From: a virus
Lineage: Duplodnaviria > Heunggongvirae > Uroviricota > Caudoviricetes
DNA length: 21,668 bases
Reading direction: 5' to 3' (one strand)
Virus record (IMG/VR): IMGVR_UViG_3300005683_000050
Span: 1-21,668 of that record
The position numbers and the translations under genes are program-made. Positions within the stretch are counted from its first letter, which is position 1, and every line of letters begins with the position of its first letter. Positions 7,378-15,914 of this stretch are shown piece after piece. Below the pieces are notes generated by a model. It had not been told where the DNA came from. It saw nothing but the letters and a program-made list of their open reading frames with translations, and searched no databases.

Positions 7378-8186
7378 CTCACCCTCCCAGCGATTTTTTT
7401 CTTTGTTCTATTGTCTGTCCATCCAAAATCTTGCGGATTATAAATGTGGATATGCCCATGCAACTCGGCATACGTTTTTGTTACTGGCAAGGACTCCATC
7501 TCTCTCCACACCGCCCACAGGTGTTGTAGAAAGATTTTGTTCATCTTACGCATTGCCGCAATAGAGGCATGTCCGCGTGTCCACCCGCGACTTAGATATT
7601 CCTCTTTCGACTCGTCATATATTTTGCGATACGGAGAATTCGACTTTATAAAGCTTTGTCCAACATTGTACATCACAGATTTTAATTCTGGATTAAATGG
7701 AATAACCCATCCGTACATTTTCCTGTCCCTGACCTTAACCAAGTGCCAGTCTGGGAGCGGGTTCACTTCAGAAAAAACCTTTTGTCTTTCTGAGTTCCAC
7801 CTGTACCCATTACGCGGCGACACCACCACCCCATCAGCGTCAGCCCAATAGTCGTACAGTCCAATACCAGCGTATCTCCACATCTTCGATACGGTTGTGC
7901 ATTCTTGTATGTCTATCTCTGCTACGATGCGAGCCGCAAGCATAGCTCCGACACCTTTTATGGATAATAGTCTATTAACAATCGGAATGCCAATCGCAAT
8001 CTCGATTATCTCTGCGCTGATTTCGTCCTCATTGTCTCCGAAAACCCTAGCCCACTTTTCAACTGTTGCCGCAGAGATGGAGTCCATCTCATCAGAGTGC
8101 GAAGAACGGTTGTCCATTGCAATCCTATACTTTTGCGTCATTTGGCGCATACGTATAAGTGCTTTGAGTGCTTGCATTTGATTCAT
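7374..8186 (-). CDS. tasA: IS110/Nop-fold RNA-binding protein without a nuclease domain (TIGR-Tas TasA-like)
   Basis: Helical N-terminus, LLSIKGVG..LAARIVAEIDI....VSKMWRYAG (IS110 C-terminal/Nop-like), FNPELK, H...AAMRKM.KIFL.HLW..WR..E.LP; no DEDD RuvC domain and no IS110 catalytic SG loop after YAG. Confidence 0.7.
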   Translation of the reverse strand: MNQMQALKALIRMRQMTQKYRIAMDNRSSHSDEMDSISAATVEKWARVFGDNEDEISAEIIEIAIGIPIVNRLLSIKGVGAMLAARIVAEIDIQECTTVSKMWRYAGIGLYDYWADADGVVVSPRNGYRWNSERQKVFSEVNPLPDWHLVKVRDRKMYGWVIPFNPELKSVMYNVGQSFIKSNSPYRKIYDESKEEYLSRGWTRGHASIAAMRKMNKIFLQHLWAVWREMESLPVTKTYAELHGHIHIYNPQDFGWTDNRTKKKIAGRVR

Positions 8187-8545
8187 GCTATTTTAATCCA
8201 CTTGGGCGAATATGTCGCGTTCAGTATCATGTACAACCCATCATCACATGATTGATAAAATGTCTTTTGGCCATTAAAAACTTCATTGACATATGTAGCG
8301 ATGTTTTCCATGTTGTTTGTAGCCGAAAGTCCATGATTGTCAACGTCGTCTGTCACTAGAACCGCAACTCCGCCAATCCCAGAAAGTATAATGGCATAAT
8401 ATATTCCGCCATTAACCGAAAATCTTAGAAGTACTTTGGTTGACCCTGATATACGAGCATGAGAAAGCAACACGTCTTCGTGCTTCTTTCTCATGCCGCG
8501 CGGGTCTGTGAAATTTAATTTTACTGGAGTAGTTTTTTCTTGCAT
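8183..8545 (-). CDS. hypothetical protein
   Basis: 120-aa ORF, ATGA-coupled to the TasA-like gene. Confidence 0.65.
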   Translation of the reverse strand: MQEKTTPVKLNFTDPRGMRKKHEDVLLSHARISGSTKVLLRFSVNGGIYYAIILSGIGGVAVLVTDDVDNHGLSATNNMENIATYVNEVFNGQKTFYQSCDDGLYMILNATYSPKWIKIA

Positions 8546-8814
8546 TCTTTAATGTGCCAGCAATTTTCTCGAATTTCTTTGGCAGAGTCTTTGGTGTGTT
8601 CAAAGTGTGGACATTCGCAACTCCACTCTTTTCCATCAAACGAAACAACGTATTGCATTCCGAGATTCGTATGGGAGTTAACAGTCCATGTCTGTTGTCG
8701 TGTGGTATCGAATACAATCCCTACTTCTTCGATATTAGAAATATCAACAACAGTGCCATGTGGCACTAGAAATGTAGTCCCGTTAACTGAAATCTTGACT
8801 TTAGCTGTATTCAT
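8521..8814 (-). CDS. SWIM-type zinc finger protein
   Basis: YVV......WSCECP...CWHI (CxC...CxH); SD AGGAG before ATG 8814. Confidence 0.75.
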   Translation of the reverse strand: MNTAKVKISVNGTTFLVPHGTVVDISNIEEVGIVFDTTRQQTWTVNSHTNLGMQYVVSFDGKEWSCECPHFEHTKDSAKEIRENCWHIKECKKKLLQ

Positions 8815-9022
8815 ATGCTCTCCTGACAAACTCCCTCCATACATTGTCTTTTATCACAAGGTCTCCCGTCATGGGGTCAACCTCATCGTTCCAAGATTCC
8901 CCGTCTTGAAGTACTGGTCTCACGCCGAACTGTATAGAGTCTATGTACGCAAAAGCCAGACGCGGTATGTGGGGGGGAAACCTTTGTGGTGCAACAATCT
9001 TTTTCTTTTTTCGCCTAGCCAT
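8801..9022 (-). CDS. small basic hypothetical protein
   Basis: Begins MARRKKKK; fills the operon gap with short overlaps. Confidence 0.55.
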   Translation of the reverse strand: MARRKKKKIVAPQRFPPHIPRLAFAYIDSIQFGVRPVLQDGESWNDEVDPMTGDLVIKDNVWREFVRRAYEYS

Positions 9023-9218
9023 CCTGCAATATCCCCTCAATGTTCGATTCGACCTTTTCGGACTGTACCAAAAAGTTGTCCTCGTCTACAATTCCGCCAG
9101 AGAATGTGTATTGACTAATCGCCTTTTCTCTGGCGTCAAGGTGTGATATTGCCAGAACCTCAGTTCGGTATAGTTGCACACATTCTCTGGTGTAAAATGT
9201 TACTACGTAATTATCCAT
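9015..9218 (-). CDS. hypothetical protein (leaderless)
   Basis: ATG 6 nt after a TACAAT -10. Confidence 0.65.
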   Translation of the reverse strand: MDNYVVTFYTRECVQLYRTEVLAISHLDAREKAISQYTFSGGIVDEDNFLVQSEKVESNIEGILQDG

Positions 9219-9224
9219 GACTAC

Positions 9225-9253
9225 ATTGTATTACAAAAATCAGCCTTTGTCAA
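9225..9253 (-). promoter_or_regulatory. sigma70-type promoter for the operon containing the TasA-like gene
   Basis: TTGACA-17-TACAAT. Confidence 0.85.
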
Positions 9254-11114
9254 CCCGTTGAATTGTCATGTCGAGATATTGTGTAGACAAGTCAATTCCT
9301 ATATATTTTCTGCCAAGTCTGCGAGAAACAACAGCAGTTGTACCACTTCCGTTAAATGGGTCTAAAACTGTATCTCCAATATAGCAGTATAGTTTAATTG
9401 CTCGGCGCGGCAACTCTTCTGGAAATGGAGCTGGATGCCCCTTGTATCTGCCAGATGGCATAACCCATACGTTGCGCGTCATCTTCTTCATAAACTCTTC
9501 TTTTTCAAGGTCGGTCTCCCCTTTCCATAACAATTTCGGAGACCCTTTGTGCGCGACAACAATAAACTCAGACAAAGAGCGACAAGACGGATTGCTTGGT
9601 GATAACCATGAGTTTCCACACCAAGTAAATTTCCCGTTACGCTCAACATATAGCGTCTTGTTCGGAACAGACACACAATACACCATCCCGTCATAATGGG
9701 ATTTATTCACCATGCTACTTTCTATCCAGTGTGAGCTCGTGCGGTGTAGGTGTATAAGATATACAGTCAGATTGCCGTTAAATGGCTTCCCGTTGTATAT
9801 ACGAGACTTGGATTTCCTTTCTTCCAACCTGAAACCAAATCCACTCATGCGGAACAGATTCAACATTCCGTCCCTAAGAGACTTAGACGCGGTAACGTAA
9901 TGCATCCAATTTCCATTTGGTAGGACACATCCATCGCCAAGCATTATCCATTCCATGAATATCTCACGCTGGCGGTAAGATAAACCAAGTACAAAGTCTG
10001 GGAACACCCTTTCGTTTTTGCTACCAAACTGCCTCATGTAGCTAGCCAATTGTTTTGAAGAAGTAACGAATTCCCCCTTTGACTGTTTATATCTGAATTC
10101 AAACGGAAGTCGGTCTAGTAGTTTCTTAACGGAATCAAGCGTCCTATCCTTAGATTGGTATATTGACACATTATAAGAGCCATGCTCTTCCGAGTAATGT
10201 ACATTGCCATCTGTTAGGAATATGCCAAGAAAAGCCAGCCAGTCGTCCATTTCTATCTTTATTTCTGACTGCGCCGACACAATAGACTTAGAAGTGCTTT
10301 TCCCGTAATCAACTATTGGCAGGGTAAAGTAACGAACCTCGTCGCCATCCATATTTTTACCAACAGAGTGAGGAATTGCAATACCATTCCAATCTATCTC
10401 TCCTGCGGACTCAACCCAGATATTCCCTTTTCCGTCTGTGCGCGCCATGTTGTGGTCTGGTGTTACGCATATATCAACGCGTTTGTTTCTTATGTGCAAC
10501 ATGTTTCCGCGAAATGGTTTTTCTATATAATCAAACGCCTTTTGGTATTCCACATTACCGCTAGGAGATAACGTCGCAAACAGGTCTCTCTCTGTAATAT
10601 CCCTGAAGTACTTTAGACCATCAAGCGTTAGCACCCTAGTTTTATCGTCGTAACATCCCCACGCCGTATTTCCCATCGAGAAATTCTCTTCGGAGTCAAC
10701 GGCATCGTCCGCATTGGATTTTACCCACGTAATTACTTCGCGCATGGTAAATCCAGCATCCACAATGCAGTTAATCGCATATGGTAAGAATGGAATATAC
10801 GCGTCGCCCTTCTTTTTGTTTCTGCCGTTTCCAGTGTTTGGAACATTCAGAACGATTCTGCCGCTTGGCGCAAGGACTCTATACGCCTCCCTTAACCATT
10901 TTGATGTAAACGCCCAGTACTCCTCTTGGTTCATATCGTCATTGTATCCGTCATACTCTACTCCGACATTATACGGAGGGGATGTTACGATAAGTTGTAT
11001 AGATTCATCTGGGATAAGGCTTAGATTTTTTGCGCTCCCTTTATATAGGGATAATCCATCTATTGCGTAGTGTTCTACCATTCCATCCGATTGATTATAG
11101 TTTTCAGGCATCAT
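9240..11114 (-). CDS. N4-C/N6-A DNA methyltransferase (beta class) containing an intein
   Basis: TSPPY, HPAPFP and VLDPFNGSGTT motifs separated by a 348-aa insertion. Confidence 0.92.
   Translation of the reverse strand: MMPENYNQSDGMVEHYAIDGLSLYKGSAKNLSLIPDESIQLIVTSPPYNVGVEYDGYNDDMNQEEYWAFTSKWLREAYRVLAPSGRIVLNVPNTGNGRNKKKGDAYIPFLPYAINCIVDAGFTMREVITWVKSNADDAVDSEENFSMGNTAWGCYDDKTRVLTLDGLKYFRDITERDLFATLSPSGNVEYQKAFDYIEKPFRGNMLHIRNKRVDICVTPDHNMARTDGKGNIWVESAGEIDWNGIAIPHSVGKNMDGDEVRYFTLPIVDYGKSTSKSIVSAQSEIKIEMDDWLAFLGIFLTDGNVHYSEEHGSYNVSIYQSKDRTLDSVKKLLDRLPFEFRYKQSKGEFVTSSKQLASYMRQFGSKNERVFPDFVLGLSYRQREIFMEWIMLGDGCVLPNGNWMHYVTASKSLRDGMLNLFRMSGFGFRLEERKSKSRIYNGKPFNGNLTVYLIHLHRTSSHWIESSMVNKSHYDGMVYCVSVPNKTLYVERNGKFTWCGNSWLSPSNPSCRSLSEFIVVAHKGSPKLLWKGETDLEKEEFMKKMTRNVWVMPSGRYKGHPAPFPEELPRRAIKLYCYIGDTVLDPFNGSGTTAVVSRRLGRKYIGIDLSTQYLDMTIQRVDKG
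9612..10655 (-). mobile_element. intein with LAGLIDADG homing endonuclease
   Basis: Starts CYDDKTRVLT (Cys154); block B VTPDHNM; LAGLIDADG-like LGIFLTDG and WIMLGDG; ends VYCVSVP...VERNGKFTWCGN followed by +1 Ser. Confidence 0.9.
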
Positions 11115-11350
11115 ATTTTGTTTGTGTCCCCGAAGTCTGCTGTTTTTTCATCCGTCAAAGAAATAAGATATTTCTTAATCATACTTCTTCCTAAAAATAT
11201 AAACCTTAGAAACGACATTTGATACAGCTCAGCGATTAAACGTTCCGCCTCAATTCTTTTATCTAGGTTCATCTCTACTTGTGTGAGTAACCGTTCCAAC
11301 AAGTTGTCTTTCATTCGACCACGACCCTTTCTCGACCACGAGTATTTCAA
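11111..11350 (-). CDS. hypothetical protein
   Basis: ORF coupled to both neighbours; start may be the internal ATG (MKDNLL). Confidence 0.6.
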   Translation of the reverse strand: MKYSWSRKGRGRMKDNLLERLLTQVEMNLDKRIEAERLIAELYQMSFLRFIFLGRSMIKKYLISLTDEKTADFGDTNKI

Positions 11351-11637
11351 CTGACGTATGCTACGATTTCGTACATTCCGCTATTCATTTTGTGCCAATG
11401 GAACACCAACATTGCATTGTCAACAAGAATTCCATTCAGTGAAAGGTCAAAGGTGCAACGACCATTATCTCCACACAAGATAACTCCATCGTCAAAGTCA
11501 ATAACACGCACACTGCTCTCGTTAAACTTCTCAGAGATAGCAGAAAACGGCAAGGTTGCCGAATATCCGATTTGGGACAGATACTTATTCAAGACTCGTC
11601 TTGTTTTGGAACTAATTTTCATATTGACTGCATCCAT
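11347..11637 (-). CDS. hypothetical protein
   Basis: 96-aa ORF, GAAGG upstream. Confidence 0.7.
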   Translation of the reverse strand: MDAVNMKISSKTRRVLNKYLSQIGYSATLPFSAISEKFNESSVRVIDFDDGVILCGDNGRCTFDLSLNGILVDNAMLVFHWHKMNSGMYEIVAYVS

Positions 11638-11702
11638 ATGCCTTCACTAACATCAGGAGCTCAAAGGCTCTCGGTAGATGTAGGACAATATGGAATACAG
11701 TC

Positions 11703-12044
11703 CTACGTAGAAAATCTTACCCTGCTTGTGTCAGAATGAGTTACAAACAGCTTTTGACCCCTGAAAGACTGAACCCTTTCTAGGAACTTGTTACGCTCTA
11801 TGATTCCAGCGATTTCAAATCTTCCTGCAACTCCGCTTAGGTCTCCTGGAAAAAGCAGTACGATATACTTTCCTTTGAGCTCGTCAAAGTCATCAACGAC
11901 AAGATATTCGCCCCTCTTTGGCTGAAATATCCCATAATAATCATCTCCCCAAATAGACCTTGCGATGTATTCGCATTGCTTTTGTGGAGTAGCGTTTTGT
12001 GCAATTTCGTCTTCGGACAAAAAAACAAATGACTTTAGCCTCAT
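11703..12044 (-). CDS. hypothetical protein
   Basis: 113-aa ORF, ATGA overlap, AAGGA upstream. Confidence 0.7.
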   Translation of the reverse strand: MRLKSFVFLSEDEIAQNATPQKQCEYIARSIWGDDYYGIFQPKRGEYLVVDDFDELKGKYIVLLFPGDLSGVAGRFEIAGIIERNKFLERVQSFRGQKLFVTHSDTSRVRFST

Positions 12045-12229
12045 TCGGATTCCTTAATCGGTATCTGCTCAAGCACAATGGTTAACAACAACAATACTAA
12101 CCCAAGAGGCATGATGACAATTGAAAGGGAAATGATAATAATTGTGTCTAGTGGGCTAAGCGAAATTTTACCCGCCAAGCGCATCCCAATCAACGCCCCA
12201 GCCAGAACCCACAATGCAAGAATGTTCAT
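12041..12229 (-). CDS. small membrane protein
   Basis: Two hydrophobic segments; downstream of a promoter. Confidence 0.6.
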   Translation of the reverse strand: MNILALWVLAGALIGMRLAGKISLSPLDTIIIISLSIVIMPLGLVLLLLTIVLEQIPIKESE

Positions 12230-12231
12230 TT

Positions 12232-12423
12232 TTATACTTTCTCATTATACGTTGCGCGTCGTTCTTTGTCAAGCGATTCGTACACAGCGACAAATACCCA
12301 ATCTGCGACCATGAACGTATTCTCTTCGGTCATTGGAACATCGCCAAGACGTTTTCTGTTTTCAACTGCATCTTTGCATCTTTCATAGATGCGACGTAGG
12401 TCTTTTTCTGAAATATCCATCAC
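12232..12423 (-). CDS. hypothetical protein
   Basis: 63-aa ORF, GTGA overlap. Confidence 0.55.
   Translation of the reverse strand: MMDISEKDLRRIYERCKDAVENRKRLGDVPMTEENTFMVADWVFVAVYESLDKERRATYNEKV
12244..12272 (-). promoter_or_regulatory. sigma70-type promoter inside the 3' end of the upstream gene
   Basis: TTGACA-17-TATAAT. Confidence 0.85.
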
Positions 12424-12659
12424 ATATTACTCGTAAGAATAGAAACAACAATGATAATCGCCCATCCTTGCAGTGGATTTATCTGATAGTATGGGAACGC
12501 AATGTTCCATAAAACAGTCACAAGGACGCTCATAAAAAAACCATAAAGCACCCCGCGCACAAATACGCGGGCAACCATCTTTGGAAATCCTTCAATAAAT
12601 ACAATTACGGTAGAGAGTAGATACGAAGTAATTTCACCAATAATCTTACCTAAAATCAT
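12420..12659 (-). CDS. small membrane protein
   Basis: Hydrophobic 79-aa ORF, ATGA overlap. Confidence 0.65.
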   Translation of the reverse strand: MILGKIIGEITSYLLSTVIVFIEGFPKMVARVFVRGVLYGFFMSVLVTVLWNIAFPYYQINPLQGWAIIIVVSILTSNM

Positions 12660-13099
12660 GTATACTTTTTCCTCATTTCGTTATCAAACTCGTCCATCTT
12701 TCTTTTATTACGAGTACGCCGAACCATTTTGTATCTATACACGTCTTCTTCTGAAATCACTTTCAGAAAATCTGGATTTCCGCCCAGAATGGATATAATA
12801 TCAAGAGCTTCGGACATTGTGAATTTATATAAAGACATGAACGGTTTGAGGTAAATGTAAGATACAGAGAACAGTATATAAGAGAAAGCAAAGTGGATAA
12901 GAACTTCAAAGAATAATATCCAAAAGCTTGCGCTTATAGAATCAACCTCAATGTTGAATGCCGAGAGAGCGAAAACGATAATTGTCCCACACGCCCAGTA
13001 AATGGCAATGCGCCTGAGAGACTTTAGTACGTAGAGAAGCGAAATCTCAATTCCTAGTAAAATGTCCATATGATTTGGTGCTGTCTGGACAGACAGCAC
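12656..13099 (-). CDS. membrane protein
   Basis: 2-3 hydrophobic segments and a basic C-terminus; start may be ATG 13069. Confidence 0.65.
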   Translation of the reverse strand: MLSVQTAPNHMDILLGIEISLLYVLKSLRRIAIYWACGTIIVFALSAFNIEVDSISASFWILFFEVLIHFAFSYILFSVSYIYLKPFMSLYKFTMSEALDIISILGGNPDFLKVISEEDVYRYKMVRRTRNKRKMDEFDNEMRKKYT

Positions 13100-13105
13100 T
13101 CTTGC

Positions 13106-13426
13106 CTAGAAGCTGGTTGTGGTGGCGAAAATGCTGTGTGTTTGAAATTGGAATACGGGTTCTTTATCTACCGCACGATACACATATACTGGACGCATGT
13201 TGTATTCGCGGACAAAACGCTCAACAGAGCCATCTCCAACCATTGGGGCGAGATATTGGTACGTAGCAACATACACATCCCAACCCTTAAAACAAAAGTT
13301 TGCATTTTTTTCTCGCAAACTTTCCTTTACCGCGTGAGACGTAAACTCTTCTCCGCTTGCCAGAAGCGAATCAATTGTGTCCCTAACAGCTTGACTGAGC
13401 TGTTCTTGACTTAGTTCGATAAACAT
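13106..13426 (-). CDS. hypothetical protein, possibly winged-helix-like
   Basis: SD AAGGAG; FT...VK..LR pattern followed by a beta-hairpin-like segment (fold is inference). Confidence 0.7.
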   Translation of the reverse strand: MFIELSQEQLSQAVRDTIDSLLASGEEFTSHAVKESLREKNANFCFKGWDVYVATYQYLAPMVGDGSVERFVREYNMRPVYVYRAVDKEPVFQFQTHSIFATTTSF

Positions 13427-13446
13427 AGAAGATTCTCCTTTTCTGC

Positions 13447-13475
13447 ATTATATCACAATTGTCTGGATTTGTCAA
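13447..13475 (-). promoter_or_regulatory. sigma70-type promoter
   Basis: TTGACA-17-TATAAT with TGn extension; the -35 contains the PARP stop. Confidence 0.88.
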
Positions 13476-14626
13476 TTCCAACTTCCAATAATTAAGTGAG
13501 TAATTGTTACCTGCTCGTTCCTGTAAACGATAAATTCATTTTGGTGGAGTCCTCTGCCGTGAATCTTTGAGTGACCCTTTTTTCCCCACACAGAGTTGTA
13601 TCCCTCTGGAGCTGCCCTGTATCCGTTCCCGTATTCAGAAACATATTGATTGCCAAGAGCAAAGTCACACAAGAGCATTACCTGTGGAGACCCGTATCCC
13701 ACTGTCTGGGAAGAGTACGAACACGACTTTCCCATATAGTCAGCCCCGTAAATTCCGAAACCGAAATATCCAGACTTGGACAGCTCAACCTTTAGTCCGC
13801 CGTTCAAGATATGAGCAACGTTTCCAATTGAAGTTCCGTGAAATAATCTTTCAACATTTCCAATAGAACTTAAAAAACGACCTCTCTCGCTTGGAATGCG
13901 AACACTATAAACATTTCGGACACGGATATTGTGACTTATCGGGTCTGACTTGTCGCGCATTTTTGACTTACGAATCACCCACTCAAAATCTGGGTGACTC
14001 TCTGGAATTTCCTCGATTTCAGCTCCAATTAAGTCAACCATAGAGCCGTGAACTTTTACAGCTTCTTTCGAGCGAATTGCCGATTCTATCTGTGCAATGC
14101 GATTCCGTTGTTCGACAATATCAAATGAACGTACAACATCCGAAACGTTGATACGTCTTGGAAGCTGTGTGGGGATTGTTGTATAAAATCTTTGGACAAG
14201 ACTCTGACTTGGAAATCCTCGCATCTCATCAAGGATTAAACGCGCCTCCGCCATTTGTTCGACACTAATTGAACCCAAGTCGGTAGCAAGATAGCTGTAA
14301 ATGGAACGATTTGCCTGCTCCATCAACATTTTGACTAATTGACCAACGCTTGTAGAAAAGTCAATCGAGCCACTTGCGACCACGACACTCTGACCCATCT
14401 TAACTTCCCTATATCCATCTTTTTCCTGAGAACGAATCTTGGAGTCAAGTTGTGATTGGGTCATTGCCTTTGTAATACCACTGGAGTACGAACCATCTTC
14501 CTTGACACGTCCCCACCCAAAGCGAACAGAAAGGACGCCGTTTTTCATTTCTTCGGCAGTAAATCCCCAATACTTGTTAGAATTTAATTCAAGGTCTGTT
14601 AAGACCCACTTTCTAGTTATCCCCAT
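13472..14626 (-). CDS. WGR-domain PARP-family ADP-ribosyltransferase
   Basis: SNKYW...WGRV (WGR), FYTTIP (PARP regulatory helical domain), LFHGT, GYFGFGIY, KSCSY and NEFIVY (H-Y-E triad). Confidence 0.88.
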   Translation of the reverse strand: MGITRKWVLTDLELNSNKYWGFTAEEMKNGVLSVRFGWGRVKEDGSYSSGITKAMTQSQLDSKIRSQEKDGYREVKMGQSVVVASGSIDFSTSVGQLVKMLMEQANRSIYSYLATDLGSISVEQMAEARLILDEMRGFPSQSLVQRFYTTIPTQLPRRINVSDVVRSFDIVEQRNRIAQIESAIRSKEAVKVHGSMVDLIGAEIEEIPESHPDFEWVIRKSKMRDKSDPISHNIRVRNVYSVRIPSERGRFLSSIGNVERLFHGTSIGNVAHILNGGLKVELSKSGYFGFGIYGADYMGKSCSYSSQTVGYGSPQVMLLCDFALGNQYVSEYGNGYRAAPEGYNSVWGKKGHSKIHGRGLHQNEFIVYRNEQVTITHLIIGSWN

Positions 14627-14632
14627 GTCTGA

Positions 14633-14661
14633 AATATATCATATCTCTTGTTTTTTGTCAA
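14633..14661 (-). promoter_or_regulatory. sigma70-type promoter, leaderless, for PARP
   Basis: TTGACA-17-TGa-TATATT, 6 nt, then ATG. Confidence 0.75.
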
Positions 14662-15676
14662 GGGATATATGTTTTTTTAGGACTCTCCATGCTTCGCGCC
14701 CTGAGTCCTTGTTGTCCATTATCGCAAAGACAACACTGGAAATGTCGCTTGCTACACCCAAAATATATTTTGCCTTTTCGGAACGAGAACTCATTCGGAC
14801 AGTCTCGTTGTACACACCATACGCACGATTCATAATTTTGGCGTGTTCTTCATTGTAATGTCGTTCCAACTCTTTTGCCCAAGCAAAGAACTCATCTGGA
14901 AAATCGGAAAGGCTCGCTCCCATAGAAACAACCTCAAACACTCGACGCTCAGTTATTCCATTGATAAGCCTGTGCAGTCGAATGTAATCGTCTCCTTTTA
15001 TTTTTACGCGCGTGCCATCGTCGTACTTTAGTACAATACCCTCAACTCCTGGAACGTTTGCAATTGAAACTGCATCTTCGATACTTTCGATATGGTATGT
15101 GCGCGGAGTGCTAAAGTTAAGTCTTAATCCCTCTTGGAATAAAACATTATCAGAAACATCGTTACCGCTTTGGTTTTCAATAATGGCGAGCAAAACCATG
15201 TCTCGCATGTCTCCATAGTCAACAATAACCCTGTTTTCTGGATAAACTATCTCAAACAGATAGGTGTGTCCAGACATGAAGTCGTGCGAAAAATATCCGC
15301 GCCGCCGAATAAATGTTGTTGCCCATCCTGCCTGCACTGAAGAAAAAGAGCCGCGCGTTGTAACATACACTTCGTTATTCCGCACAAATAGAATTCCGAG
15401 CGAGCCATCAACCTTTTCGCTTACCGTCGGATTCCCCTTTGTTGCCAAGTATGCTTTGTCTATTCCCATCTCTCCAAGATTAAAGAACTTGCGGAATGGT
15501 CGGGCAACGACATTCCCATTGTCGTCAAGAACAAGCCCTCGCGCGGCAACAGTGTATTCATCCCACGCGCCTTGAAATTGACATTCACCCGTGTAGTTAA
15601 ATATAGTTAACGGGAGCGATGGGTGTCGCTGGTGTTTTATGAACGGGTGATTGATAAATTTCCTTATGTCTACCAT
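14639..15676 (-). CDS. RNA ligase (T4 Rnl1-like)
   Basis: ARGLV, RPFRKFFN, EKVDGSL (adenylated Lys), TRGSF, YLFE, EGIV and VKIK motifs. Confidence 0.88.
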   Translation of the reverse strand: MVDIRKFINHPFIKHQRHPSLPLTIFNYTGECQFQGAWDEYTVAARGLVLDDNGNVVARPFRKFFNLGEMGIDKAYLATKGNPTVSEKVDGSLGILFVRNNEVYVTTRGSFSSVQAGWATTFIRRRGYFSHDFMSGHTYLFEIVYPENRVIVDYGDMRDMVLLAIIENQSGNDVSDNVLFQEGLRLNFSTPRTYHIESIEDAVSIANVPGVEGIVLKYDDGTRVKIKGDDYIRLHRLINGITERRVFEVVSMGASLSDFPDEFFAWAKELERHYNEEHAKIMNRAYGVYNETVRMSSRSEKAKYILGVASDISSVVFAIMDNKDSGREAWRVLKKHISLDKKQEI

Positions 15677-15679
15677 ATT

Positions 15680-15850
15680 TCACCATCCCTGTCGTTCTAT
15701 TTGGTTTGTTTTATTTTCGTTGCGGATTTCAGCGTCCCATTCCTGAAAAATCCACGCGAATAAAAATATGTATAAAAGGAAAAACAGAATAATTGCGGAT
15801 AGGATATAAAAACTTGCAATATATAGAAACAGAATCATATTATCGTCCAT
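15680..15850 (-). CDS. small single-pass membrane protein (56 aa)
   Basis: Manual translation MDDNMILFLYIASFYILSAIILFFLLYIFLFAWIFQEW...; ATG 6 nt after a -10. Confidence 0.55.
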   Translation of the reverse strand: MDDNMILFLYIASFYILSAIILFFLLYIFLFAWIFQEWDAEIRNENKTNQIERQGW

Positions 15851-15856
15851 GCCTGC

Positions 15857-15885
15857 ATCATATCTTATATCTTTTGATTTTTCAA
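15857..15885 (-). promoter_or_regulatory. sigma70-type promoter, leaderless
   Basis: TTGAAA-17-TATGAT, 6 nt, then ATG. Confidence 0.6.
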
Positions 15886-15886
15886 C

Positions 15887-15914
15887 AGTGGTCTGGTTTA
15901 TGCCAGACCACTGT
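15887..15914. repeat. 11-bp perfect inverted repeat across the CCA-enzyme stop codon
   Basis: cagtggtctgg-tttatg-ccagaccactg; possible terminator or processing hairpin. Confidence 0.75.

Noticed and set aside
7374-8186. Active IS110 insertion sequence
   Set aside because: No N-terminal DEDD RuvC domain, no catalytic SG loop, no flanking non-coding ends, and the gene is translationally coupled on both sides
9224-9243. Self-target of guide unit 1 in the promoter of the TasA-like operon (TTGTATTAC at 9226-9234)
   Set aside because: Attractive as autoregulation, but only one 9-nt segment matches fully and the other matches 4 of 9; an AT-rich 9-mer can occur by chance in this much sequence
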